Below are positions 29,538 to 39,880 of a stretch of 64,000 bases of DNA, piece by piece. The translations under genes were made by a program, and so were the position numbers. The stretch comes from Promethearchaeota archaeon (GTDB taxonomy: Archaea; Asgardarchaeota; Lokiarchaeia; Sigyniarchaeales; SOKP01), in contig JBHLOC010000020.1 in NCBI GenBank assembly GCA_048940925.1, forward strand, positions 21,777-85,776, given 5' to 3'. Within the stretch, counting starts at the first letter, position 1; each line of letters begins with the position of its first letter. Under the pieces are notes generated by a model. That model saw nothing but the letters and a program-made list of their open reading frames with translations. It had not been told where the DNA came from and ran no database searches.

Positions 29538-31313
29538 ATGAAATTAAAAGAATATTTAAAATCTTTAAAACGGAAGCTAAAACACAAATTTAGGGGATTT
29601 AGCGATGAAAAAGTTGAGACTAAAAACCTTCTCTTTCTCGAAAAAATAGTAATATTAATCATTATCTTAGTTTTTGCACTTCTCGTTTTAGAAATTAATA
29701 AAAATCTTAGTTATAAAAGGTATGAAAGAATTGAATTTAAATCGGCAGGAGCAACACTCTACGCAAATTTATATTATCCTACTAGAACCTTATCTTTTCA
29801 AGAAAAGAAGCCATTAATTATTTATTGTCACGGAATCGGAAGTAAACGAGACTTCGATCTAAGAATACCTATAGAATTTACCAAACGTGGTTTTTATATA
29901 GTAGCTTTGGATTATCAAGGGCATGGTGAAAGTGGAGGAACTATTAATAATATTGCTAAATCTACTAATATACCCGCTCTTGCGCAAGATTGTTCTAGAT
30001 TATTAGATAAACTAAAAACATTATCATTTTTCTCAAATGTTAATGAATCTCAAATTGGTCTAATCGGTCATTCTCTTGGCGGTATGGTTGTACTTATGAA
30101 TCAAGCTTTGAACCCAGCATTTAAGGTTACTGTTGCTTGGGCGCCTCTTGTTGATTTCACCCCACCTCGATTTGGTCTTAAATGGCAAGGATATGAACAA
30201 TATATACCCATTAATTTATTAAATGAAACTAATAGTGAGAATCTATTAATAATAATGCATGTGAAGGATGAGGTCTTAGATTATCAAAAAAATGCTTTAA
30301 AAGCAAAAGAATTGACAAACTGCACAGTTGTTAATATAACAGCACCACTACTAGGAGGCGGACACCAACTTTTCTCGAATAAAGTTCTTATTAATTCGAT
30401 AAATTGGTTTGAATTAAATTTTTTTAATTCGACTACGATTAATGGTCCAATACACATTACTTACTTTTGGAATTATGTCCTAATTATTTTAAACCTAGTT
30501 TTACTAATATCAATAATTTTTCTTCTGATATCATATTCAGCTAAATTTTTTCAATTAAATTCTGGATTTAATGATAAGACTACTGAGAATACTAAGAAAA
30601 TATCTATAAAAATGAAAAAAATAGGTAAAATTGTATTAATTCTATTCTCTTCAACAATTTTCATAATAAATTGGTTTTTGTTCAGTTTTTTTTATGGACT
30701 AATTGGAATTTTTTATGCATCTTTGGTCTTTAGTGGCCTTTTCTTATTTATCAAATTTCTTGCATATATTATACGTCTTAAAGGTCAAAAAATTAAATTT
30801 AGTAAAAAAGAATTAAAAAAAGTTATGAAAGATGAATTCAATATTAGTGTACTAGTTTATACATCAATTTGTGCTTGGTATTTTATTTTAATCTATTTAC
30901 TTTTCTCATTCTCTTATCCATTTGCTTTTTTTTGGCCTTCTAATATAGCTAATATTGTAATTACACTAGCTATTTTTCCAATTTATTTTTCCATAGAAAT
31001 TCTATTTAGAAAAATATTATACCCTCTTTTGAATTTTATAAAATCTGAGAAAAATAAAGCCAAAATAATCTTCATTTCAGCTTTAGTAATTTATACACTT
31101 TTAATGGTTTTAGCTAGGAGTTACTCATATTTACCTTCTGTTTTATTTACTTTTGGTATTTTTTTATTAGTAACAGTTGCAAATACCATCATATATGAAA
31201 ATACAAAACGTTTTAGTGCAGTTTTAGTAAGTTCATTTTTTATAATTCAATTATTTTTTTCTGCTGTAATCTCTAATGTAATTGGGATTGGTGCTTTTTC
31301 CCATTTGTTCTAA
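29538..31313 (+). CDS. Membrane-bound alpha/beta hydrolase with multi-TM C-terminus
   Basis: CHG, DYQGHGES, GHSLGG nucleophile elbow. Confidence 0.82.
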   Translation: MKLKEYLKSLKRKLKHKFRGFSDEKVETKNLLFLEKIVILIIILVFALLVLEINKNLSYKRYERIEFKSAGATLYANLYYPTRTLSFQEKKPLIIYCHGIGSKRDFDLRIPIEFTKRGFYIVALDYQGHGESGGTINNIAKSTNIPALAQDCSRLLDKLKTLSFFSNVNESQIGLIGHSLGGMVVLMNQALNPAFKVTVAWAPLVDFTPPRFGLKWQGYEQYIPINLLNETNSENLLIIMHVKDEVLDYQKNALKAKELTNCTVVNITAPLLGGGHQLFSNKVLINSINWFELNFFNSTTINGPIHITYFWNYVLIILNLVLLISIIFLLISYSAKFFQLNSGFNDKTTENTKKISIKMKKIGKIVLILFSSTIFIINWFLFSFFYGLIGIFYASLVFSGLFLFIKFLAYIIRLKGQKIKFSKKELKKVMKDEFNISVLVYTSICAWYFILIYLLFSFSYPFAFFWPSNIANIVITLAIFPIYFSIEILFRKILYPLLNFIKSEKNKAKIIFISALVIYTLLMVLARSYSYLPSVLFTFGIFLLVTVANTIIYENTKRFSAVLVSSFFIIQLFFSAVISNVIGIGAFSHLF

Positions 31314-31575
31314 ACTACTTTTCCATCTTATATGCTCTCTTTAAGGACGAAAAATATGAGCTTAATGTGAGTATGTCCAAGGATTAATAGATGCTGATCT
31401 CGAAAAAGGTTCAAACTTAATATGTGGAAATAACGTGAAGGTAATTTTATATGGCCCACGATATTAGATAATGGCATTGCAAATATGAGAATTGTATAGG
31501 AAGAACCATTTGGACTTGTTAATACTTACAAATATGTTAAAATATAATCCTTCATATTCCATACTTTGATTAAAA

Positions 31576-32412
31576 ATGAGTAAAAAAATACGGCTTTATA
31601 CTGATATTCTTATTGATGGTTTGAAATTCCCCGAAAGTCCACGCTGGCATAATGATAAATTGTGGTTTTCTGATATGGATCAACATAAGGTTATGACCAC
31701 TGATATGAATGGAAATCTGGAAGTTGTGGTGGAAACACCTCATAGAGTCTCAGGTTTAGGGTTTCTTCCTGATGACAAGCTTTTAATAGTATCAATGGAA
31801 GATAATCGATTACTAAAATTGGATCCTGAGGGTCTTACGGAAGTAGCTGATATGAATAGCTTTAATCCAATTTTATCAAATGATATGGTCGTTGATAGAT
31901 TAGGAAGAGCATACGTAGGAAATTTTGGATTTGATTATTTCAATAATGCGACATTTCTTCCAACATTTGTATTACTAGTACTCCCAGATGGAACCATTAA
32001 AAAAGTAGCGGATGATATGGCCTGTCCAAATGGCGCGGTAATAACTCCAGATAATAAAACATTAATTATAGCAGAAACCTTTTCTACGCGAATAAGTGCT
32101 TTTGACATTCAAAAAAATGGATCACTTTCAAATCGTAGAATTTGGGCCGATTTTAAATCCGTAGCTCCCGATGGAATTTGTCTTGATAATCAAGGAGGTA
32201 TATGGGCTGCAGCTCCTGGACGTCATAGAGTTGTCAGAGTATTGAAAGGTGGAGAAATTACTCATATCGTAAAAGTTGAACATGATGCATATGCGTGCAT
32301 GCTAGGAGGACCAAATTTAACAACACTTTTTGTAGCAACGTCAGCTTATTCACGAGATAAAGGACGTATTGAAATTGTAGAAGTAGAATACCTTAAAGCG
32401 GGAATACCTTAA
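31576..32412 (+). CDS. SMP-30/gluconolactonase family
   Basis: FPESPRWH, NDMVVD, PNG, PDGICLD. Confidence 0.88.
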   Translation: MSKKIRLYTDILIDGLKFPESPRWHNDKLWFSDMDQHKVMTTDMNGNLEVVVETPHRVSGLGFLPDDKLLIVSMEDNRLLKLDPEGLTEVADMNSFNPILSNDMVVDRLGRAYVGNFGFDYFNNATFLPTFVLLVLPDGTIKKVADDMACPNGAVITPDNKTLIIAETFSTRISAFDIQKNGSLSNRRIWADFKSVAPDGICLDNQGGIWAAAPGRHRVVRVLKGGEITHIVKVEHDAYACMLGGPNLTTLFVATSAYSRDKGRIEIVEVEYLKAGIP

Positions 32413-32587
32413 CTAAATTTCTCTTAAATGAAATTACATACTATTTTATTTTTTTTTATAGTTAAAAGATGTATAAATTGAAATCATATTCTTCATGCAT
32501 TTTTAATTAAAATTTTTTAGTTTCAAAAATTTACTTTAAATTAGATGAATAAATAACTTTAATAGTTAAATAATCGAGAGTTAAACT

Positions 32588-34295
32588 ATGTTTGATAAAG
32601 ACTATTTAGAGAAAATAAAATCAGAAAAAGAAAAATGGAAAGAAATATATTCCAGATCAAGAGAAAGAGATGTAAAATTTGTCACAGACTCTGAAATCCC
32701 TGTCAAACCAATCTTTACTCCTTTAGATATAAAAGATAAAGACTATTTAGGTGATATTAATTTTCCTGGAGTACCCCCTTACACAAGGGGTGTTTATCCA
32801 AGCATGTATAGAGGGAGACTTTGGACTATGAGGTTATTCTCGGGACATGGAAAAAGTATTTCAATTTAGAAATACTTCTGTATCGCCCGAGGAAACTAAT
32901 AAAAGGTGGAAATTACTATATGAAAATGGAGAAACAGGATTTAGTGCTGCTGTAGATGCATTAACATTTAATGGAATTGATCCAACTAATCCCGACGGAG
33001 CCCCAGAAGTTGGAACTTCGGGTGTGCCTTTGTATTGCATTGATAGTCTATTTGCCCTTACAGAAGATATTCCAATAGACAAAGTAAGTGTGGCTTTAGT
33101 TGTTGAACCATTTACAACTGCACCTGTATGTTCAATGTATTTTAATATGGCAAAAATTCGCGGATATGACATCAGTAAATTAATTGGAACAACCCAAAAC
33201 GATATTTTAACTATGACCGTAGGATTTATTCCCTATAAGAACTGTCCACCTAATCATTTACTTAGATTAGCTTGTGATTTTATAGAATGGACCGTAGCAC
33301 AAAAAAATGTTCCCCTATGGCATCCAATAAATTTCACAGGATACAATTATAGAGAAGGTGGCATTGATGCAGTACAAGAATTAGGTTTTGTCTTTGCAAG
33401 CGCATGTTCGCATATCGATAATTTACTTCAGAGAGGTTGGAATATTGATGACTTTGTTGGTCGACTTGCTTTTCACCTAGCTGCACACAAAGACTTTTTT
33501 GAGGAAATTGCTAAGTTTAGAGCTGCTAGGAGAATATGGTATAAATTAATGAAGGACAAATATGAATCAAAGGATCCAAAAAACCAAGGTTTTCGATTTC
33601 ATGTGCAAACTGCAGGATCTTCTTTAACAGCACAATCTCCTAAGATAAATATTGTAAGAACAGCAATTCAAGCATTAGAAGCTAATTTGGGTGGATGTCA
33701 ATCCTTACATACTAATTCTTATGATGAAGCTATTTGTTTACCGTCAGAAGAAGCAGCATTATTAGCTTTAAGGACTCAACAAGTAATATCAGATGAAACA
33801 AGGATCCACAATACAATAGATCCTTTAGCAGGATCATACTTCATTGAATGGCTAACTGATGAAATAGAAGAAAGAGTATGGAAATATATTGATAAAATTC
33901 AACAAGTTGGCACAATTGATAAAGCGCTTTCTTCAGGATTTTTATATAAGGAAATGAGAGATGCTTTTCAAAAAAGAAGAAAGCGTATTGAAAATGGGGA
34001 TGAAATTATGCTTGGTGTGAATAAATATCCTGTCGCTTATGATACTGTTACTGATGTATTTAGAACAAATAAAGAAGCAATAGAAATAGAAGTTCGACGA
34101 ATTGAAAAACTAAAAGAACGAAGAGATAACGCAAAATTAGAAAGAATTTTAGATACAATGCGAAATATTTGCGAAAAGGAAGAAAATGTTATGCCTATCG
34201 TAATGGAAGCAACCAAAGAAGGAGCCACTGTTGGCGAAGTATGTGATATATATAGAGAAATTTGGGGTACTTGGGATCCTCCATTAGCTATCTAA
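32588..34295 (+). CDS. B12-dependent acyl-CoA mutase large subunit, two exons (32588-32852 + 32884-34295), 558 aa after splicing
   Basis: FPGVPPYTRGVYPSMYRGRLWTMRLFSGHG|TPEETN...GTTQNDIL...GYNYREGG...FEEIAKFRAARRIW...FHVQTAG...SLHTNSYDEA. The two track ORFs join in frame after removing 31 nt. Confidence 0.85.
32853..32883 (+). other. Candidate bulge-helix-bulge (tRNA-type) intron in mRNA, 31 nt
   Basis: Intron stem AAGUAUUUC/GAAAUACUU, 3-nt bulge AAA, 4-bp helix AUGG/CUGU, 3-nt bulge AUC, exon stem C/G plus UUCUCGGG/CCCGAGGA. Confidence 0.8.
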
Positions 34296-34312
34296 TCACA
34301 GAGGTGTTAATT

Positions 34313-34711
34313 GTGAGTGAGAATAAGATAAGAGTTCTGATGTCTAAACCGGGTATTGATGGACATTGGCGAGGAGGCATAGTAGTGTCAAGAGCTATAA
34401 GAGATGCAGGTATGGAACTCATTTTTGGAGGATTTCAAAATGTCCAGCAAATTGTAGAGTCTGCTATACAAGAAGATGTTGATGTTATAGGATTAAGTAT
34501 TCACTCTGGAGCTCATTTTGCCTATACCCAACAAATTATCGACTTATTGAAGGAACGCGGAGTACTTGATAATATTATGATACTTGTGGGGGGAGTAATA
34601 CCTGCAAAAGACTTTTCTAAATTAAAAGAGATGGGTGTTGCCAATGTGTATGGACCAGGGAGTATAACTTCAGATATTGTTGAATTTATTCAAACACACG
34701 TAAAAAAATAA
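34313..34711 (+). CDS. Acyl-CoA mutase cobalamin-binding small subunit
   Basis: KPGIDGHWRG, QEDVDVIGLSIHSGAH, GGVIP. GTG 34313 follows GAGGTG. Confidence 0.9.
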   Translation: MSENKIRVLMSKPGIDGHWRGGIVVSRAIRDAGMELIFGGFQNVQQIVESAIQEDVDVIGLSIHSGAHFAYTQQIIDLLKERGVLDNIMILVGGVIPAKDFSKLKEMGVANVYGPGSITSDIVEFIQTHVKK

Positions 34712-34779
34712 AAATACTATGTAATATTTTTTTCATTAAATTATAATTTAACAGCTATTCCTCTGGGGAATGGATTTCA

Positions 34780-35754
34780 TTGAAAATTGGACAAGATATT
34801 GACATTTTGATTAACAACTTCAAAAAAAAGGATAAAATTGCCTTAGCAAAATTAATTACTATCATTGAAAATGAACCTGAAAGAGCACATGAAATCTTTA
34901 AGCATTTTGAAAATATAAAGCATGATTCTTATATTGTGGGAATCACAGGTTCACCAGGTGTCGGAAAGAGTACTCTAACTGGAGTGATATGTAAAAAATT
35001 ACTAGCAGATGGAAAATCAATTGGCATAATTTGTGTCGATCCTACATCACCTTTTAGTGGGGGCGCATTTTTAGGAGATAGGGTTCGGATGACGGATATT
35101 TCACTTCACCCCAAAGTATTCATGCGTAGCCTTGCTTCAAGAGGATATAAAGGAGGAATTTCGAGAGCTGTTTTTGATATAAGTTTATTGTATGAAGCTT
35201 ATGGCATGGATATTATAATTATTGAAACTGTTGGGGTAGGCCAAGCTGAATTTGACATCTATAACCTTGCATATACAGTTGTAGTCGTCTTAGTGCCTGG
35301 GTATGGTGATGCAATTCAAATGCAAAAAGCGGGAATAATAGAAATTGGAGACATTTATGATATTAACAAAAAAGATTTAGGAGGAGAAGACGTCGCAGCT
35401 CACGTAGACTTGATGTTGGATGATTCTACCTTTCAAAGTGGATGGAGACCACCAGTATTAATGACTGATGCAATTTCAGGCGAGGGGATTGAGGAATTAG
35501 TTCAAAATATATGGGAACATAAAGAACATCTTGAACTTTCAGAATTAATAAATGAGAAAAAGAAAAATAGATTCTCATATAAGATAAAAGAATTAATTTA
35601 TTCAAAAATTGAAAAATTAATTTCAGAGAATTTCATTAATGAATCTGAAATTAATGAAATTGTGAAGCATGCTGTTGATGATGGAAAATTTAAAATCTAT
35701 CAGACAATTCATAACAAATTTGAAGATGTGAATTTCGAAATTAAAAAAAAATAA
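34780..35754 (+). CDS. meaB: Mutase-associated GTPase chaperone MeaB/ArgK
   Basis: GITGSPGVGKST, VDPTSPFSGGAFLGDRVRM, ETVGVGQ. Confidence 0.92.
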   Translation: MKIGQDIDILINNFKKKDKIALAKLITIIENEPERAHEIFKHFENIKHDSYIVGITGSPGVGKSTLTGVICKKLLADGKSIGIICVDPTSPFSGGAFLGDRVRMTDISLHPKVFMRSLASRGYKGGISRAVFDISLLYEAYGMDIIIIETVGVGQAEFDIYNLAYTVVVVLVPGYGDAIQMQKAGIIEIGDIYDINKKDLGGEDVAAHVDLMLDDSTFQSGWRPPVLMTDAISGEGIEELVQNIWEHKEHLELSELINEKKKNRFSYKIKELIYSKIEKLISENFINESEINEIVKHAVDDGKFKIYQTIHNKFEDVNFEIKKK

Positions 35755-35875
35755 AAGAACCTTTATAGAAAAAAAATCTATTTTCTTTCTGAAAGTCTAA
35801 TTTAAATTGATTAAAGTTTAATATTCTTTATTATTTTAAAAGACAAAAAATTTAGAAAATCATATTAAACTGATT

Positions 35876-36694
35876 TTGATGCCAATACTAGGTATAGATT
35901 ATGAAAAATGCAATAATTGTCAAATGTGCTATTATGCATGTCCAAGATATTTCAGACGTGATAAAGGACTAAATAAAATTATATTTGAAGATCCTAATAA
36001 TCTCTGTGATTCATGTGGGCGCTGTGTAGCGATGTGTAAATCGGATGCGATTATTTATGAAAATTTTGGAGAGTTATTGACGTTTAAGGAGGTTCAAGAT
36101 CCAAGTAAACTAATCTCATATGACACCATGTATAAATTCATGAGTGCAAAAAGATCGATAAGAAGGTATAAAAAGAAAAAGGTTCCTAAAATAATATTAC
36201 AAAAAGTTTTAAACTCTATGAAGTATGCTCCGACAGGGGCTAATATTCGAACCTTAGGATGCACAATAATTTCAGATGATGATAAAATTAAAAAACTATC
36301 AGAAGTTGTTATGGACGCTATAATCGCATCAAGTAATCCTCGATATAGTGAAAATTTTAAAAGAGCAAAAGAACGTGGAATAGATACAATATTTTATAAT
36401 GCACCTCATGTAATGATTATACACTCAAATAATCCCGGGGATGCTATGAACTCTACTATAGCTTTAACATATGGGATGCTAAGCGCTCAAACTTTAGGGT
36501 TAGGAACATGTTGGATTGGATTAGCCCATGGCGTTCTAGCGTCGAATAAAGAAGCACGCGAGAAAATTGCAGGTGTTCACGGTAATATTTGGGGTGTTAT
36601 AATTATTGGGTATCCTGCACAAATTTATTATCGAGTACCACCGCGTCCAGATATAAAAACCAATGGATTGGATGAACTAACATACATTCATTGA
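35876..36694 (+). CDS. Nitroreductase family protein with N-terminal 2x[4Fe-4S] domain
   Basis: CNNCQMCYYACP, CDSCGRCVAMC, RSIRRY, APTGAN, LGLGTCWIG. Confidence 0.88.
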   Translation: MMPILGIDYEKCNNCQMCYYACPRYFRRDKGLNKIIFEDPNNLCDSCGRCVAMCKSDAIIYENFGELLTFKEVQDPSKLISYDTMYKFMSAKRSIRRYKKKKVPKIILQKVLNSMKYAPTGANIRTLGCTIISDDDKIKKLSEVVMDAIIASSNPRYSENFKRAKERGIDTIFYNAPHVMIIHSNNPGDAMNSTIALTYGMLSAQTLGLGTCWIGLAHGVLASNKEAREKIAGVHGNIWGVIIIGYPAQIYYRVPPRPDIKTNGLDELTYIH

Positions 36695-36721
36695 ACCCCT
36701 TTACAAGAGGATAAGAAAATA

Positions 36722-37075
36722 ATGGTTGAATTCTGCCCAAAATGTGGAAATTTGTTAAGGAAAAAGCCTTGTCCCTGTGGATATAGTGATAATGAATCCA
36801 CGCCCGAGAGTAAGTCCCTGAATTATATTTGGTCTCCTCCTGCCCCCAATATCATATATTGTAAATTAACAGCAACATCATTAGAGAAACTCAAGTTAAT
36901 GTTAAATAAAGGTTTGTATCCAGAAAAATTGAGAGAAATTAAAGAAAAACTAAGAAATCGTCTTTATTCATGCAATGATTGTGTATATTATTATGGGGAA
37001 ATATCTCTTTGCAAATTAAAAAATAAATATTTAAGAAGAGATTCAATTTGTAAGACTTTTGAACCGTTTGAATAA
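36722..37075 (+). CDS. Cys-rich hypothetical protein (zinc ribbon)
   Basis: FCPKCGN...CPCG and CNDC...C...C. Confidence 0.65.
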   Translation: MVEFCPKCGNLLRKKPCPCGYSDNESTPESKSLNYIWSPPAPNIIYCKLTATSLEKLKLMLNKGLYPEKLREIKEKLRNRLYSCNDCVYYYGEISLCKLKNKYLRRDSICKTFEPFE

Positions 37076-37164
37076 TTTTTGTTCGAAAAGTGGACCTTAA
37101 ACCTTTATAAACAGAATTGTTTCTTATTCTGTAAATAAAGCAACTAATTAAAAAATAAAAAGGA

Positions 37165-37764
37165 ATGAAGCAAAATAAGAAAAAAGTAAAGATTAAAAAC
37201 CTAAAAACTGATATTAACAACTTTTTAACAACAATTATATCATTTATGATTCCAATCTTTCAATATATTCCATGTGCTTCAATTTGGTTTGGTATTATGA
37301 GTCTTCCTTTAATTACATATTTTACTTATTTTTTAAGTAATCCTCAAATGATAAGATATGATTTTCAATTCTTTTCAAGTTATGGATTACCATGGAGTAT
37401 TATATCAATATTAGGAGGATTAATGTTTATCTCTTCATTAATATATCAGTTAATTCATCGAAAAGAACTCATAAAAAAGGGACCATATAAGTATGTAAGG
37501 CATCCTCAATATCTAGGGATAATTATTATGACTCTTGGATTAACAATGATTTCTCTAAATACTTCACCTGTTTTTCCATTTCTAAATGAATTCACTAATA
37601 ATCATTCCCTCTTAGTATTAATATGGTTTATTGAAGTAATTGCTTATGTTATATTAGCTAAAATAGAAGATTTTGCCTTAAAAGCTAAATATGGTGATGA
37701 ATTTTTAGATTATATAAAAAATGTACCATTTTTGTTTCCATCTATAAAATTAAAGAGAAATTAA
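37165..37764 (+). CDS. ICMT/PEMT-family membrane methyltransferase-like protein
   Basis: LIKKGPYKYVRHPQYLG, KYGDEFLDY..VP. Confidence 0.8.
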   Translation: MKQNKKKVKIKNLKTDINNFLTTIISFMIPIFQYIPCASIWFGIMSLPLITYFTYFLSNPQMIRYDFQFFSSYGLPWSIISILGGLMFISSLIYQLIHRKELIKKGPYKYVRHPQYLGIIIMTLGLTMISLNTSPVFPFLNEFTNNHSLLVLIWFIEVIAYVILAKIEDFALKAKYGDEFLDYIKNVPFLFPSIKLKRN

Positions 37765-37771
37765 ATTAGCA

Positions 37772-38485
37772 ATGAAGAATGAGTTTCTTAGAAAAATCAA
37801 TTACTTTTATGTGTTAAAATCCTTATTAATAATTTTTTCTTTAATTTTATTACTAGTTATATTAGTTCAGATAATTGATTTATATGAAGAACCTACTTTT
37901 TCTAGAAGAACAAACATTGAATCAATTATCTTTTTTCTTTTAATTACAACGATTTTATTAATATCCACATTAACTGCACTTACATTAAAAGAATATAGAA
38001 GTTATATTTCAAGAAAAAGTCATATTCAAAAAGGAAATTCCTATTTAGATATAACTGATATTTTTGAAAATGAAAACCGTTTAAATATAATAAATCAAAT
38101 TCTGAGGAATCCAGGCATACATCATAATGAATTACTACGAAACTGTGATTTACAAAAAGGACAATTGCAATGGCATTTAGAGGTTCTATTAAAATATAAT
38201 ATTATTAAAAAGGAGAAATATGGGCAGTATACAATTTATTTTCCAATTACAACATCATTTGATGCAGAGGATTATTTAGAAAATCTATTAGCAAAATCTA
38301 AAACAACTTCACAAATTCTAACTATTATTAAAGAAAACCCAGGTATTAATTCTTCTGAAATATCTCGAATTCTGAATCTTTCTCGTAATACAATAAAATA
38401 TCATATTGATAAATTATTAAAGGATAAGAGGGTATCTTTAATTAAAAAAGGTCGTAAAATAGAATTACATCCCATTTTGAATTGA
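37772..38485 (+). CDS. Membrane-anchored tandem winged-helix transcriptional regulator
   Basis: Two TM helices, then NPGIHHNEL...LQWHL and NPGINSSEI...IKYHI. Confidence 0.8.
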   Translation: MKNEFLRKINYFYVLKSLLIIFSLILLLVILVQIIDLYEEPTFSRRTNIESIIFFLLITTILLISTLTALTLKEYRSYISRKSHIQKGNSYLDITDIFENENRLNIINQILRNPGIHHNELLRNCDLQKGQLQWHLEVLLKYNIIKKEKYGQYTIYFPITTSFDAEDYLENLLAKSKTTSQILTIIKENPGINSSEISRILNLSRNTIKYHIDKLLKDKRVSLIKKGRKIELHPILN

Positions 38486-38523
38486 TTTGTAAATCTATTT
38501 TTGGTAATTAAATTTAACTTTGA

Positions 38524-38655
38524 CTGAGAGATATATTAATGGAAAACTTAGGAATTTAAACACTTATTATTGAATTTGATGTAGGAAGTGATAGAGCAAC
38601 CTCTATTAAGAATATGAAAGAAAAGATAATTATGTTTACTCAAACTGCACTCTAA
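38524..38655 (+). pseudogene. Remnant of a 2-hydroxyacyl-CoA dehydratase/BCR-family C-terminus
   Basis: LRDILMENLGI*TLIIEFDVGSDRATSIKNMKEKIIMFTQTAL; compare BzdN here, [15 protein letters not shown]. Confidence 0.5.
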
Positions 38656-38702
38656 ACAATTCAAAAGAGTAAAAATAGAAAATCAAAAGTAGGTTTTATT
38701 TC

Positions 38703-39734
38703 TTATTTTATCATAGCATGACTCTTTTTGATTACAATTTCTGCTTTTTTTATTATTCTTTCAATTATGTCGTTGACATCATCAATACTATCAATAATTC
38801 CAATTGATTGACCAAGTAATACTGCTCCCGTTTCGATATCGCCTTCATATACTCTATCATAAGCGCCTAAATCATGTACTCGTTGCTCAGGAGTTACAGA
38901 TCGTTCATATTCTAACATCTCCTCTTTGCTGCTTGGTGCTGGATGTTCTAAAGCATATTTATTTTTGTATAAACGAATAGGGCCAAATGCTCCTGTGTAA
39001 AGTCCTGTATCTTGTGGTTTACCTGGGGGTACTAAAGCTTTATATTTCTCATGAAATTCACTCTGTTTTGAGGCTATAAATCGAGAACCCATGGCTATTG
39101 CTCCTGCTCCTAATGATAAAGCTGCTGCTAGACCTTCACCAGTTGCAAAGCCACCACATGCTATCTTAGGTAAATCAGGAAATGCATTATTAATTTGCTG
39201 GAGTAAAACGAGTGTAGTAACTCTCTCAAAAGATTGATGACCACCTCCTTCAGTACCAGTAACTACTAATCCATCCACTCCTGAGTCTATGCATTTTTGG
39301 GCTAACCAAACGGCTGGGGCTACATGAAAGTGTTTAACTTCCGAATTTTTTCGTAATTCTTGGAATGATTTAGATTCTGGAAGTAATTTTGAAGTCCCTG
39401 CTGAAGTTAGCCAATACTTACATTGATCACGCATTTTAGGATTATTCATGACCATTCTAGGTAAAAACCTAACCATTTGTCTTACTCCTCGATTATTACG
39501 GGAGGTAAGGATATTCAATCCAAAGGGCTTATCAGTATGTTCGACCATATATTCTAAGCTTTTCTTATGTTCATCAACAGGATCCGTACCCACAATATTA
39601 ACATTTGATAATACACCCAAACCACCCGCTTCGCTAACAGCAAGAGCCAGCTCACGTGTGAAAAAAGGACCCATGGGGGCACTAAAAATTGGATGCTTTA
39701 ATCCAAACATCCTTGTTATATTTGTTTCTATCAT
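38703..39734 (-). CDS. Nitronate monooxygenase / FabK-like flavin enoyl reductase
   Basis: APMG, AVSEAGGLG, GTEGGGH, GGFATG, MGSRF, GQSIG. Confidence 0.85.
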   Translation of the reverse strand: MIETNITRMFGLKHPIFSAPMGPFFTRELALAVSEAGGLGVLSNVNIVGTDPVDEHKKSLEYMVEHTDKPFGLNILTSRNNRGVRQMVRFLPRMVMNNPKMRDQCKYWLTSAGTSKLLPESKSFQELRKNSEVKHFHVAPAVWLAQKCIDSGVDGLVVTGTEGGGHQSFERVTTLVLLQQINNAFPDLPKIACGGFATGEGLAAALSLGAGAIAMGSRFIASKQSEFHEKYKALVPPGKPQDTGLYTGAFGPIRLYKNKYALEHPAPSSKEEMLEYERSVTPEQRVHDLGAYDRVYEGDIETGAVLLGQSIGIIDSIDDVNDIIERIIKKAEIVIKKSHAMIK

Positions 39735-39880
39735 TTTCTTAATCACCTTTATTTAAATAAATTTGTAGAGTTTTTATGTTTTTTTAAAAATTAAAAAAAT
39801 GAAAATTATTTAATTTCTATTATCTAATAAATTTAATATTAAAGATTTCAAAATAATATATTTTAAAAGGTGAAAATATA

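Noticed and set aside
31320-31570. Slightly GC-richer intergenic stretch, possible gene remnant
   Set aside because: Multiple stops and no recognisable protein motif.
32847-32883. Sequencing frameshift, programmed ribosomal frameshift or MITE as the cause of the split mutase
   Set aside because: A 1-nt slip would leave about 10 extra residues in a conserved motif, and there is no target-site duplication. The BHB cut sites predict the exact 31-nt excision. Not formally excluded without reads.
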